Shown piece after piece: positions 45,784-55,206 of a DNA stretch of 64,000 bases; position 1 is the stretch's first letter; every line of letters starts with the position of its first letter. The notes under the pieces are model-generated. The model did no database searches, was not told the DNA's origin, and was given only the letters and a program-made list of their open reading frames with translations. The stretch is from the NCBI GenBank assembly GCA_964495645.1, contig CAZBXO010000003.1, forward strand, positions 1,756 through 65,755. Direction: 5' to 3'. Source of the stretch: an uncultured Phenylobacterium sp. (GTDB taxonomy: Bacteria > Pseudomonadota > Alphaproteobacteria > Caulobacterales > Caulobacteraceae). The position numbers and the translations under genes are program-made.

Positions 45784-46152
45784 TCAGACGTGGATGGGTG
45801 GTCGCAGACTTCGGTCCGGCGGCCGCGAGTGCGCGTCGAGCGGATCGAAGGCTTCGTGCGTGACGGACGCCGCTGAGAGGGCAACGAAAGTCACTAGGTC
45901 AGAGGGCGCAACGGACGCCGTCACCGTCTGGCAGGCGACCATCTGCTGGCAGGGATTGTCGGCCTTGCCGCCCTTGTCGGGCGCCTTCTGGTGCGCGGCC
46001 TGCTCGGCGGCGAGTTGCTTCATCATCGGGCAGTCAGGCGGGCAGGGATCGCAAGCCTGGGCCGAGGCGACCGACGGCGCGCCGCCGATCACGAGCATGA
46101 TCGTGGCCAGGAGAGCGAGGAATTGGCTCAGCCTGCGCATGCTGCGGAACAT
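45784..46152 (-). CDS. Exported Cys/Met-rich leader ORF ending in RPP (CutF/CruR/DUF2946-like); start may be 46140
   Basis: Signal peptide ending ASA-Q, 'CDPCPPDCPMM', 'CQQMVAC', C-terminal 'SRPPDRSLRPPIHV*'. Confidence 0.78.
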   Translation of the reverse strand: MFRSMRRLSQFLALLATIMLVIGGAPSVASAQACDPCPPDCPMMKQLAAEQAAHQKAPDKGGKADNPCQQMVACQTVTASVAPSDLVTFVALSAASVTHEAFDPLDAHSRPPDRSLRPPIHV

Positions 46153-46420
46153 GGCGGGCGACTGTGACTGACGCAAGGCGGAGCTTGCCTCTTCGCGATT
46201 GACCAGGGTTGCGGTGTTCCCTGGCCGAAGGCATCGTCACGGCATGCCGCGGACTCGCAAGTACCGAGGTGTGCGCCTACAGATTCCGGCGACGCCACCG
46301 ACGTATCGTCGCGCAGAACTTCGCGCCGCTGTGCGTTATGCAATCCTGAGGAATCCGAAGCTGCTGAACAGCCCGCAAACCTCAGACGACGTCAAGGCGG
46401 CGCAAGCCAAGCACCGTGAG

Positions 46421-46515
46421 TGACGGTATCCAAGACGGTAGTCACTTGCTCGTGATTCAGATTTGCGAGCGAGATCAGTCGCTTGCCGGGCTCGTTTATA
46501 ATCGAGTGGGAATAG
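46421..46515 (+). repeat. att-like site 2 (outer right end) with guaA-3'-end core
   Basis: CTCGTTTATAATCGAGTGGGAATAG (IEWE*), 20/21 identical to 30654-30674. TGACGG/AGACGG arms and an IHF-like site sit at the same distances as in site 1. Confidence 0.82.
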
Positions 46516-46607
46516 CGGCAAGGCTTGCCACATCGCCCAACAAGCGCCACTTCAGGGCGGGCTCAGTACGACTCTCGGGAAGCACGCCAGGGGTAGCCTC
46601 TTCCACC

Positions 46608-47747
46608 ATGTTCGCCGTCGATCTTCCGGCCGAACCCGCGGCCGTCGCCGCATCGCCACCCGCGCTCGTCGCCCACTTCGGCGGTCCGGACGCGCCGGCT
46701 GGCGCGCTGCGCGACATCCTACTGGCGCGAATCAGGTCCGCCCCGCCCGGCAGCGACATCGATTGGGCGACCTACTACTTCGCCGACCGCGAGCTGGCCG
46801 ACGCCTTGATCGCCGCCCACGACCGTGGCGTGCGCGTCCGCATGGTGCTCGACGGCGCGCCGCGCCGGGGCTCGGTCAACGCCGACACGTCCGAGCGCCT
46901 GCGCCAGGGCCTGGGCGACGATTTCAAGCTGCGCAAGAGCTGGTTTCCCGGCGCTCACCTGCACGCGAAGATCTACGCGTTCTCGGGCCCGGAGCCGGCG
47001 GCCTTCATCGGCTCCTACAATCCCTCCGGCGGGGCCAAAGGAAAGGTCCTTCGGGATATCGGTGACCAGGACCGCGGCGAGAACCTGCTGGTGGAGATCC
47101 GCGACCCCATGGCGGTGCGGGCTCTGCAGGCGCGCGTCGACGGAATCTGGTCGGGGTCGTTCTGGGGCCGCTTCGGGATCGGAAGAAACAAGGCGCGCCG
47201 CTTTCCGGACCTGAAGCTCTACGCCTTCCCGCGGCTCAACACCGGCGTCGTCGAGCGCAGGCTGGCGAAGCTCGGACCCGGCGATCGCGTCGAGGCGGCT
47301 GTCAGCCACATGGACAACGGCTCGTTCGCCCAGGCGCTCGCCGCCGCCGCCCAGCGTGGGGTGGAGATCAGCCTCGTCGTCCACGACACCCGCCGTCGCG
47401 TGCCGGGCAAGGTGGTGCGCGCCCTCGACGAGTCGGGCGTCGAGATCCGCCGCTACTGCGATCCCGAGAACCTGCCCATGCACGCCAAGTTCGTGATCAT
47501 GGACCACAAGGACGTCTCGACGGCCTGGTTCGGCAGCCTCAACTACAACCTGGGCTCGCGCCTCCTGAACCAGGAGGTCCTGGCGCGCTCCAGCGACCCC
47601 GACCTCGTCGCCTCGCTCAAGGCCCGCTTCCAGGTCATCGAAGGCAGCGCCGCCCAACGCACCTGCGAACGCAAGGCGGCCGTCACTGAGCCGGAGACGC
47701 CCGAGGCGGCGCCTCCCATCGATCCCTCGACCCGCCCGGCCGCGTAG
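46608..47747 (+). CDS. Phospholipase D-superfamily protein with two HxK motifs (start uncertain)
   Basis: 'HLHAKIYAF...IGSYN' and 'MHAKFVIMD...FGSLN'. Confidence 0.8.
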   Translation: MFAVDLPAEPAAVAASPPALVAHFGGPDAPAGALRDILLARIRSAPPGSDIDWATYYFADRELADALIAAHDRGVRVRMVLDGAPRRGSVNADTSERLRQGLGDDFKLRKSWFPGAHLHAKIYAFSGPEPAAFIGSYNPSGGAKGKVLRDIGDQDRGENLLVEIRDPMAVRALQARVDGIWSGSFWGRFGIGRNKARRFPDLKLYAFPRLNTGVVERRLAKLGPGDRVEAAVSHMDNGSFAQALAAAAQRGVEISLVVHDTRRRVPGKVVRALDESGVEIRRYCDPENLPMHAKFVIMDHKDVSTAWFGSLNYNLGSRLLNQEVLARSSDPDLVASLKARFQVIEGSAAQRTCERKAAVTEPETPEAAPPIDPSTRPAA

Positions 47748-47757
47748 CCCTCGCGCG

Positions 47758-48486
47758 TCAGACGGGCCCGACCGCCTCCGCGAGCTTCGCGCAGGTCGCG
47801 AGCAGCGCCTGCACGATGCGGTCGTCACCGCCGCCGGTGAGCCGCTCGGACGGCGCGGACACGGAGATCGCCGCGGTCGCCGGGCCCGAACGGGCGGGCA
47901 GGGCGCATCCGAAGCTGGCGACGCCTGTGCTGGCCGCCGAGGCCGACCAGCCGCGCCGCCGGATGACCTCCAGTTCGGCCAGCGTCGCGGCGAGGTCGGG
48001 GGCGAGACGCTCCCTTGTCGCCACTCGGTCCAGCACTGCGCGCGCCTGGGGATCGGTGGCGAGCATCGCCTTGCCGCCGGCGGTCAGCGGCGCCGCCACC
48101 CGGCTGCCCGGCCGCGTGGAGAACCGCACCGAGCGGGGTGAGAAGAGCTTCTCGAGATACAGCACGTCGTCGCCGTCGCGGATCAGCAGGCTCACCGTCT
48201 CTCCGGTCTCGCGGTGGAGCGTCTGCAGGAAGCCGGCGGCCGCCCGTTTCACGGGGTGCTCGACGGCCACTGCCGCGCCCAGTTCCCACAGCCGCAGGCT
48301 CGGCGCATAGCGCCCGGTGTCCGGCTCCTGGACGACATAGCCCAGCTCGATCCAGCTCTTCAGCAGCCGGTGCGCAGTGCTCTTCTGCAGCCCGACCTCC
48401 TCGGCCAGTCGGGTCAGTCGCATGGGCCCGCCGGCCCGCGCCAGCGCCTCCAGCAATCCCACCGCCCGTCCAACCGCCTGGTCCAT
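47758..48486 (-). CDS. IclR-family transcriptional regulator
   Basis: HTH 'LQKSTAHRLL', 'ETGETVSL', 'TAGGKAMLA', 'AAISVS'. Confidence 0.92.
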   Translation of the reverse strand: MDQAVGRAVGLLEALARAGGPMRLTRLAEEVGLQKSTAHRLLKSWIELGYVVQEPDTGRYAPSLRLWELGAAVAVEHPVKRAAAGFLQTLHRETGETVSLLIRDGDDVLYLEKLFSPRSVRFSTRPGSRVAAPLTAGGKAMLATDPQARAVLDRVATRERLAPDLAATLAELEVIRRRGWSASAASTGVASFGCALPARSGPATAAISVSAPSERLTGGGDDRIVQALLATCAKLAEAVGPV

Positions 48487-48546
48487 CGCAGCAGCCTTGA
48501 CTCCCTGCCGCCCCAACCGGAGAACGGGACCCTACGACAATACAAC

Positions 48547-48563
48547 GTTCCGTCATACGGAAC
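48547..48563. promoter_or_regulatory. Palindromic operator between iclR and the esterase operon
   Basis: GTTCCGT-CAT-ACGGAAC perfect dyad in the divergent intergenic region. Confidence 0.75.
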
Positions 48564-48582
48564 AAACGGGGAGGGGCCGGAC

Positions 48583-50178
48583 ATGACGATCACGGGCCTG
48601 TCGCGCCGCTCGGCGCTCTTTGCGGGCGGCTTCTTCCTCACCGCGCCTACGGCGGTATGGGCCCAGGACGGCCGCATCGTCGAAACCGCCGAGGGCCGCT
48701 ACCGGGGCCGCATCGTCGACGGCGTCCACGTCTTCAAGGGCATGCGCTACGGCGCTTCCACGGCCGGCGCCGGTCGCTTCCTCCCACCGAAGCCGCCTGA
48801 ACGCTTTGCCGGCGTCCAGGACGCCTATGAGTACGGCGACCAGACGCCCCAGGCCCGCGGCGGCCTGGCTGCGCCCGGACCCATGAGCGAGGATTGCCTG
48901 CGGATCAACGTGTGGACGCCGGCGCCCGGCGACGGGCGCAAACGGCCCGTCCTGCTGTGGTTCCACGGCGGCGGCTTCGAGGCCGGCTCAGGCTCCAGCC
49001 TGCTCTACGACGGGACCAACATGGTCAAGCGCGGCGACGTCGTCGTGTGCACCATCAACCACCGACTGAACGTCTTCGGCTTCTGCGATCTGTCGGGTTT
49101 CCTCGGTTCCGAATTCGCCCAGTCGGGCAACGTCGGCTACCTCGACCTCGTCGCGGCGATGAGGTGGGTTAAGGCCAATATCGCGGCCTTCGGCGGCGAC
49201 CCCGGCAACGTGATGATCTACGGCCAGTCCGGCGGCGGCCGTAAGGTCACGGTGTGCATGGCCGGCAAGGACGCTGCCGGCCTCTTCCACAAGGGCGTGG
49301 TCCAGTCCGGCTCGCACCTGCTGATCCAGACCCGCGAGCAGGCGAACCGACTGACCGCCGACCTGCTCAAACGTCTCGAGATCGACCCCAGGCGCGCCCG
49401 CGACCTGCAGGCCGTGCCCCAGGAGCGTCTATCGGAAGTCCAGCGCCAGGTGATCGGCGCGGCCCGCTACCGCTTCGAGCCGGTGATGGACGGAATCACC
49501 TTCACCGCCCACCCCTTCATCCCGAACGCCCCCGCTCGCACGGCGAGGGTTCCGCTGATGGTCGGCACCGCCCAGCACGAGCTCGCCAACCAGTTGGGCT
49601 CCACGCCCGGCATCCACGAGATCGACGAAGCGGGTCTGCGCCAGCGGCTCGCCGCCTCGCTCCCGGCCAGTGACGTCGATGAGGCAGTGAGGGTGTTCAA
49701 GGCGTCCACGCCATCCGGCTCCTATCCGGAGATCTTCTTCAAGGTGATGTCGTGGCGGTCCTACATCCGCAACGCCACGATCATGTGCGAGAAGCGCGCA
49801 GCCCTGAACGGCGCGAACAACCCCACCTGGATGTACCAGGTCACCTGGCGCTCGCCGGTGGAAGGCGGCCGCCGCTTCGCCCAGCACTCCTCCGACCTGC
49901 CGTTCATGTTCGACAACGTGGCCCGCGGCGCGCGCTACACCGGCCCGCCCACCGCGGCGACCCAGGTGATGGCCGACAGCATGGCCAACGCCTGGCTCGC
50001 CTTCGCCCGCACCGGCGATCCGAACCACGCCGGCATCCCGAAGTGGCCGACCTACGATCCCGCGACGCGGGCGGTGATGCAGTTCGACGCCCCGCCCCGG
50101 CTGGCGAAGGATCCCTACCGGACCGAGCGGCTGTTCATGGAGCGCTACCAGCCTGCCCGCGTCACCTCCTCGGAGTAG
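48583..50178 (+). CDS. Type-B carboxylesterase with Tat-like signal
   Basis: 'SRRSALF', 'SEDCLRINVWTP', HGGG, GQSGG nucleophile elbow. Confidence 0.92.
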   Translation: MTITGLSRRSALFAGGFFLTAPTAVWAQDGRIVETAEGRYRGRIVDGVHVFKGMRYGASTAGAGRFLPPKPPERFAGVQDAYEYGDQTPQARGGLAAPGPMSEDCLRINVWTPAPGDGRKRPVLLWFHGGGFEAGSGSSLLYDGTNMVKRGDVVVCTINHRLNVFGFCDLSGFLGSEFAQSGNVGYLDLVAAMRWVKANIAAFGGDPGNVMIYGQSGGGRKVTVCMAGKDAAGLFHKGVVQSGSHLLIQTREQANRLTADLLKRLEIDPRRARDLQAVPQERLSEVQRQVIGAARYRFEPVMDGITFTAHPFIPNAPARTARVPLMVGTAQHELANQLGSTPGIHEIDEAGLRQRLAASLPASDVDEAVRVFKASTPSGSYPEIFFKVMSWRSYIRNATIMCEKRAALNGANNPTWMYQVTWRSPVEGGRRFAQHSSDLPFMFDNVARGARYTGPPTAATQVMADSMANAWLAFARTGDPNHAGIPKWPTYDPATRAVMQFDAPPRLAKDPYRTERLFMERYQPARVTSSE

Positions 50179-50183
50179 AGCCG

Positions 50184-51608
50184 ATGCGCATCCTCCTTGT
50201 CCTGGGCGCAGCCGCGGCGCTGGCCACGCCGGCCGGCGCCCAACAGGCCTCCGGCCCGCGCCCGGCGCAGCCGGCGTCGGAAGACGGGCCCAGCCTCGCC
50301 TCGCCCCGTCACGCCGCCGCTCAGGCGGCGGGCTTCCGCGCCCTGCACCTGTGCACCGGCTATTTCGCCTCCGGCGCGCCGCGGGCGCTTATCGACTCCA
50401 CCAGCCGCGGGGGGCCCGCCTCGCAGCGTGTGGAGGTGGACGAGGCGGGCAAGACCGTCTCCGCCCGCTACGCCGACGACATGGAGCCGCGTCACGCCGT
50501 ATGGCGCCCGCTGCTCGGCTGCACCCAGCTGCCGATCGGCGCCACGAAGGCTCTGGGCGAACGCCTGCCGAGACCGCGCGGTCCGCAGGCCGCGCCGCAG
50601 CTCGACGACCGGCCCTGGCCGATGGGCGACCGGGACGCCGTCCGCCCGCTCCCGCCGGCGCGCCAGGCGGCCGTCGAGCGGGTGATCGACGAGGCCTTCC
50701 GGAACCAGGAGGGGGCGTATCGCGGAAACACCTGGGGCGTGGTGGTGGTCAAGGACGGCAAGATCGTCGCCGAGCGCTACCAGCGCGGCTTCGGCCCGCA
50801 CCTCCCGGCCCGCACCAACTCCATGTGCAAGTCGGTGGCTGCGAGCCTCGTCGGCGTCGGCGTCCGCAAGGGTCTTCTGGATATCCGGCGCAAGGCGCCG
50901 CTGGCCGAGTGGCGTCGGCCCGGCGACCCGCGAGGGGAGATCACGCTCGACCACCTCATGCACATGGCCAGCGGCCTCTACACCGAGAGCGGCGGCAACC
51001 CGCAGGGCGACCTCTACCAGTCCGGCGCCGCGGCGGCGGAGGTTTCGGCGCTCAACATGGTCGACAGCCGTCCCGGTTCCCGCTTCGTCTACGCCGGTTC
51101 CGACACCATCCTGCTGGTCCGCGCGCTGCGCCAGGCGGTGAACGACGACGCTGCCTTTCTGACCTTCCCGCATCGAGAGTTCCTCTGGAAGCTCGGCATG
51201 ACGCGCACGATTCTGGAGACCGACTGGAACAACGACTTCCTGGCCTCCGGCCAGTGCTGGTTGACGGCCCGCGACTTCGGTCGCTTCGGCATGCTCTACC
51301 TCGCCGACGGGATGTGGAACGGCGAGCGCATCCTGCCGGCCGGATGGGCCCGCTACGTCGCCACGCCCGCGCCCGCCCAGCCGGCCAGCGCCGCGTCCGG
51401 CGGCGCGCGGTACGGCGGCCAGTTCTGGATCTACGGCGGTAACGACGGGCTGGCGGCCGACGCCTACTCGCCGGCCGGCGCGCTCGGACAGTACGCCATG
51501 ATCATCCCGTCGAAGGGCATGGTCGTGGTGCGCCGCGGCCTCGACGTGGGGGGCGGCTTTCGGATCGCCAAGTTCTCCGCCGACATCGTCGCGGCTGTGG
51601 ATCCGTGA
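50184..51608 (+). CDS. Serine hydrolase, beta-lactamase/class C-like fold, with signal peptide
   Basis: SxxK 'SMCK', 'HLMHMASGL', 'TARDFGRFGMLYL'. Confidence 0.88.
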   Translation: MRILLVLGAAAALATPAGAQQASGPRPAQPASEDGPSLASPRHAAAQAAGFRALHLCTGYFASGAPRALIDSTSRGGPASQRVEVDEAGKTVSARYADDMEPRHAVWRPLLGCTQLPIGATKALGERLPRPRGPQAAPQLDDRPWPMGDRDAVRPLPPARQAAVERVIDEAFRNQEGAYRGNTWGVVVVKDGKIVAERYQRGFGPHLPARTNSMCKSVAASLVGVGVRKGLLDIRRKAPLAEWRRPGDPRGEITLDHLMHMASGLYTESGGNPQGDLYQSGAAAAEVSALNMVDSRPGSRFVYAGSDTILLVRALRQAVNDDAAFLTFPHREFLWKLGMTRTILETDWNNDFLASGQCWLTARDFGRFGMLYLADGMWNGERILPAGWARYVATPAPAQPASAASGGARYGGQFWIYGGNDGLAADAYSPAGALGQYAMIIPSKGMVVVRRGLDVGGGFRIAKFSADIVAAVDP

Positions 51609-53065
51609 TCCCGCGCCGCGCGCTCCTGGCCGCCGGGGCGGCGGGCGCGATCCCGATCGCCCCCGGCGCGCCCGCGATCGCGCAGGCGCCAGCCCCGTCG
51701 GTGACGGCGCCCCTCAGCCGGTTCATCGCCGGCGCCGCGTCCATGCGCATCGACGAGGCGATCCTCGATCTTGGCCGGCTCCACATCCTCGACACCCTGG
51801 CCTCGACGGTCGCCTGCCGCGATCTGGAGCCCGCGGTGCTTGCGCGACGCTTCGCGCTGGCCCATTCCGGCGATGCCGGCCGCAGCGCCGTGACCATCCT
51901 GGCGACCCGCGAGCGGGCGGCCCTTGTCGACGCCGTCTTCGCCTCGGCGATGACCGCCCACGGCGCCGAGATCAACGACTTCATCCCCTCGGCGCTCGTC
52001 CAGCCTGGCCCGGCGATCGTCAGCGCCGCGCTCGCGCTGGCCGAGAAGCGCCGGCTGTCCGGCGCCGCCGTCCTGCGCGCGGTGATCGCCGGCTACGAGA
52101 TCGCCGGGCGCCTGCCGAAGGCGCTGGGCATCCGCAACCTCAATCGCTCGGGCCTGGCCAACCACGGGATCGCGCCGACGTTCGGCGTGGCGGCCACGGC
52201 GTCGGCCCTCATGGGGCTTCGCGAAGACCGGATCGGCGATGTGCTGACCTATGCGTCCCAGCAGGCCTCCGGGTCCTGGCAGTGGATGCTGGATGTCGAA
52301 CACGTCGAGAAGTCCTTTGTCTTCGCCGGCATGGGCGCCCGCGCCGGGCTGCAGGCGGCGCTGTTCGTCGAGCACGGATTCCGCGGCGTGCGCGAGAACC
52401 TCGACCAGCCGACCGGCTTCCTGAACCAGGGCATGTTCAGCGGAGGCGACGAGAACCGCGCCTATCTGGTCCAGGATCTGGGCCAGCGGTGGGAGATGCC
52501 GCTCACGGCCTACAAGCGCTATCCCACCGGCGGGCCGACGCAGCCGGCCGTCGAGGGCCTCCTGAAGCTGCTGCCGGAACTCGACAAGGCTCGCGTCCGG
52601 GCGGTGCGGATCGAGATGCCGGGCCGGTGGCAGGCGTTCCGCGACGCCGGGATGCCGGCGCTGAACCTGCGCTACCTGACCGCCATCATCCTGATCGACC
52701 GGCGGCTGGACTTCGTCTCCGCCCAGTCGCTGGATCGGATGCGCGGCGACGCCCAGGTGCGCGCGCTCATGCAGAAGGTCGATGTCGTCCACGACCCGAA
52801 GCAGGAGGCCGGCCCCGGTCAGGAACGGACGGAGAGCGCCCGCGTGATCGTCACCGACACCGACGGTCGCCGGCGCGAGGCCTATACGCCCTACGTCCTG
52901 GGTTTCCCCAGCCACCCCATGTCGCGTGCCGACGTGGAGGCCAAGGCCCTCGAGCTGATGACGCCGCGCCTGGGCGCCCGACGCGCCCACGACGTGGTCG
53001 CGCGCACCTTGGCGATCGACGGCCTGTCCAACGCCGGCGAGCTCGTCCGGCTTGTCGCGAGTTGA
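51605..53065 (+). CDS. MmgE/PrpD-family protein with twin-arginine-like N-terminus
   Basis: 'ILDTLA', 'HGAEINDF', 'GYEIAGRL', 'YKRYPTG', 'GFPSHPMS'; N-terminus 'IPRRALLA'. Confidence 0.88.
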   Translation: MIPRRALLAAGAAGAIPIAPGAPAIAQAPAPSVTAPLSRFIAGAASMRIDEAILDLGRLHILDTLASTVACRDLEPAVLARRFALAHSGDAGRSAVTILATRERAALVDAVFASAMTAHGAEINDFIPSALVQPGPAIVSAALALAEKRRLSGAAVLRAVIAGYEIAGRLPKALGIRNLNRSGLANHGIAPTFGVAATASALMGLREDRIGDVLTYASQQASGSWQWMLDVEHVEKSFVFAGMGARAGLQAALFVEHGFRGVRENLDQPTGFLNQGMFSGGDENRAYLVQDLGQRWEMPLTAYKRYPTGGPTQPAVEGLLKLLPELDKARVRAVRIEMPGRWQAFRDAGMPALNLRYLTAIILIDRRLDFVSAQSLDRMRGDAQVRALMQKVDVVHDPKQEAGPGQERTESARVIVTDTDGRRREAYTPYVLGFPSHPMSRADVEAKALELMTPRLGARRAHDVVARTLAIDGLSNAGELVRLVAS

Positions 53066-53073
53066 GAAGGCCC

Positions 53074-54495
53074 ATGACTCCGATCCTGCGGGCGCTCGCC
53101 GCCATCGTCCTTCTCGCGCTTGCCGGACCGGCCCTGGCCGCGCCCGTCACGGTCCGCACCTCCGGCGGCGTGCTGGTGGGAGAGGGCGATGGCCGGATCA
53201 ACGCCTTCAAGGGCGTGCCCTACGCCCAGCCGCCGGTCGGCCCGCTGCGCTGGACGCCGCCCCGGCCGATCCGCTGGACGGGCGCACGTCCGGCCACCGC
53301 CTACGCGCTCCCGTGCCAGCAGCCCGTCCGCGCCGATGGCCGGCCGAACGGGGCAGGGGTCACCGGCGCCTCGCAGGAGGATTGCCTCTACCTCAACATC
53401 TGGGCGCCGGCCGGCGCGAGGAACGCGCCGATCATGCTCTGGCTCTACGGCGGCGGCGGGACGATGGGCGGCGGCCACCTGGCCACCTATCGGGGCGACG
53501 CCTTTGCGCGCGACGGCGTCATCCTGGTCACCATCAACTACCGCCTTGGCGCGCTGGGCGGCTTCGCCCACCCGGCCCTGACCCGCGAGGCCAAGGCGGG
53601 CGAGGGGTTCGCCAACTACCATCTGCTCGACGCGATCGCGGCGCTGAAGTGGATCAAGGCCAACGCCCGCGCCTTCGGCGGAGACCCCGCCAACCTCACC
53701 GTCTTCGGTGAGTCCGCGGGCGCGACCATGGTCGCCAACCTGCTGACCAGCCCGCTGGCCAAGGGGACCTTCACCAAGGCCATCGTCCAGAGCACCGGCT
53801 CGCTGCCGACGGCCGCCACCCCGCTGGCGCGCGCGGAGGCCCTGGGGGCGGAAGCGGTCACGGCCGTCGGCCTGCCCGGAGCAAACGCCGACGCCGCCCA
53901 GCTGCGGGCCATCCCGGCGGAGCGCCTGATCCTGCACGCCAACCCGCGCGTCGCGGGCGGCCTGCGCACCATCCTCGACGGCCGCGTGAAGCCCGCCTCG
54001 ATCATCGACGCCTTCGCCGCCGGTGCGGAGATCGACGTTCCGATGATCATCGGCACCAACAGCGACGAGGGCCGCCTGAACGGCACCCAGCGGGTCGCCA
54101 CCTACGCCATGACGGGCGCGCCGGTTTGGCAGTACTTCTTCGACTACGTGCCCGACTGGCGGCGGCCCGAGCAACCCAACGGCGTGCCGCACGCGGGCGA
54201 GATCCCCTACGTGTTCGACACCGTGACCGCCGATCGCACCGGCGGCGCGCGGATGACCGACCAGGACAAGGCGGTCGCCACACGGGTCCACTCCTGCTGG
54301 GTCGCCTTCGCCAAGGCCGCGCCGGGCGCCCGCACCCTGACCTGCGCCGACGGCTTCCAGTGGCCGGCGCGGACAGTGGCCAACGGCAAGGCCGTCGCCC
54401 ACTTCCAGGAACGCCCTGCGATCGTCCCGGCCGACACCCTCCGCTCACCGCCGAACGGCGCGAAGCCGGGGCCGACGAGCCGGGAGTCGGAATAG
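53074..54495 (+). CDS. Type-B carboxylesterase with Sec signal
   Basis: 'FKGVPYAQPPVGPLRW', 'EDCLYLNIW', GESAG, 'HAGEIPYVF'. Confidence 0.92.
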   Translation: MTPILRALAAIVLLALAGPALAAPVTVRTSGGVLVGEGDGRINAFKGVPYAQPPVGPLRWTPPRPIRWTGARPATAYALPCQQPVRADGRPNGAGVTGASQEDCLYLNIWAPAGARNAPIMLWLYGGGGTMGGGHLATYRGDAFARDGVILVTINYRLGALGGFAHPALTREAKAGEGFANYHLLDAIAALKWIKANARAFGGDPANLTVFGESAGATMVANLLTSPLAKGTFTKAIVQSTGSLPTAATPLARAEALGAEAVTAVGLPGANADAAQLRAIPAERLILHANPRVAGGLRTILDGRVKPASIIDAFAAGAEIDVPMIIGTNSDEGRLNGTQRVATYAMTGAPVWQYFFDYVPDWRRPEQPNGVPHAGEIPYVFDTVTADRTGGARMTDQDKAVATRVHSCWVAFAKAAPGARTLTCADGFQWPARTVANGKAVAHFQERPAIVPADTLRSPPNGAKPGPTSRESE

Positions 54496-54500
54496 CCGGG

Positions 54501-55196
54501 TCAGGCCGCGACGCCGAACATCCGGCCGATCCCGGCGGTGACGGCCATGGCGACGGCGCCCCAGAAGGTCACGCGGACCACGGCCTTCCAGACCGGCGCG
54601 CCGCCGGCGCGGGAGCCGACAGCGCCGAGAAGCGCAAGGAAGGCGATCGACGCCGCTGAGACCCCCGCGACCAGCAGAGTCGCCGGCAACAGGGAAGCCG
54701 CCGCCAACGGCAGCGCCGCGCCGACGGCGAACGTCATGGCCGAGGTGAAGGCCGCCTGCACCGGCCGCGCGCTCGTCGCGGTCGAAAGGCCCAGTTCGTC
54801 ACGGGCGTGAGCCGCCAGCGCGTCCTTGGCCATCAGCTGCAGGGCCACTTCCCTGGCCAGCGTCGGCTCCAGGCCCCGCGCGACATAGATGGCCGTCAGT
54901 TCGTCGCGTTCGAAGTCGGGCTGGGTCTGCAGCTCACCCCGCTCGCGCGCGAGGTCCGCCCGCTCGGTGTCCGCCTGAGAGCTGACGGAGACATACTCGC
55001 CCGCCGCCATCGACATCGCGCCGGCCACGAGGCCCGCGACCCCTGCCACCAGGATCTCTTGGCGACCCTGCGACGCCGCCGCGACGCCGACGATCAGGCT
55101 GGCCGTCGACACGATGCCGTCGTTGGCGCCGAGCACCGCCGCGCGGAGCCATCCCACGCGCTCGATGAGGTGCAGTTCCGAGTGGATCCGGCTCAT
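54501..55196 (-). CDS. VIT1/CCC1-family Fe/Mn transporter
   Basis: 'WLRAAVLGANDGIVS', 'SMAAGEYVSVSSQ'. Confidence 0.93.
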   Translation of the reverse strand: MSRIHSELHLIERVGWLRAAVLGANDGIVSTASLIVGVAAASQGRQEILVAGVAGLVAGAMSMAAGEYVSVSSQADTERADLARERGELQTQPDFERDELTAIYVARGLEPTLAREVALQLMAKDALAAHARDELGLSTATSARPVQAAFTSAMTFAVGAALPLAAASLLPATLLVAGVSAASIAFLALLGAVGSRAGGAPVWKAVVRVTFWGAVAMAVTAGIGRMFGVAA

Positions 55197-55206
55197 GGGC
55201 GCAACG

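Larger units (their letters stand above)
30679..46515. mobile_element. Integrase-less heavy-metal resistance island in tandem with the ICE (CIME-like)
   Basis: Bounded by two homologous att-like sites. Contains metal-homeostasis genes and one membrane hypothetical, with no recombinase. Confidence 0.72.

Noticed and set aside
46608-47747. PLD protein as part of a defence system (DrmC/Nuc-like)
   Set aside because: It lies outside the outer att site, 16 kb from the defence cluster, with no helicase or methylase partner.
50184-51608. Beta-lactam resistance gene
   Set aside because: Fold-level similarity only (SxxK); its context is an esterase operon.
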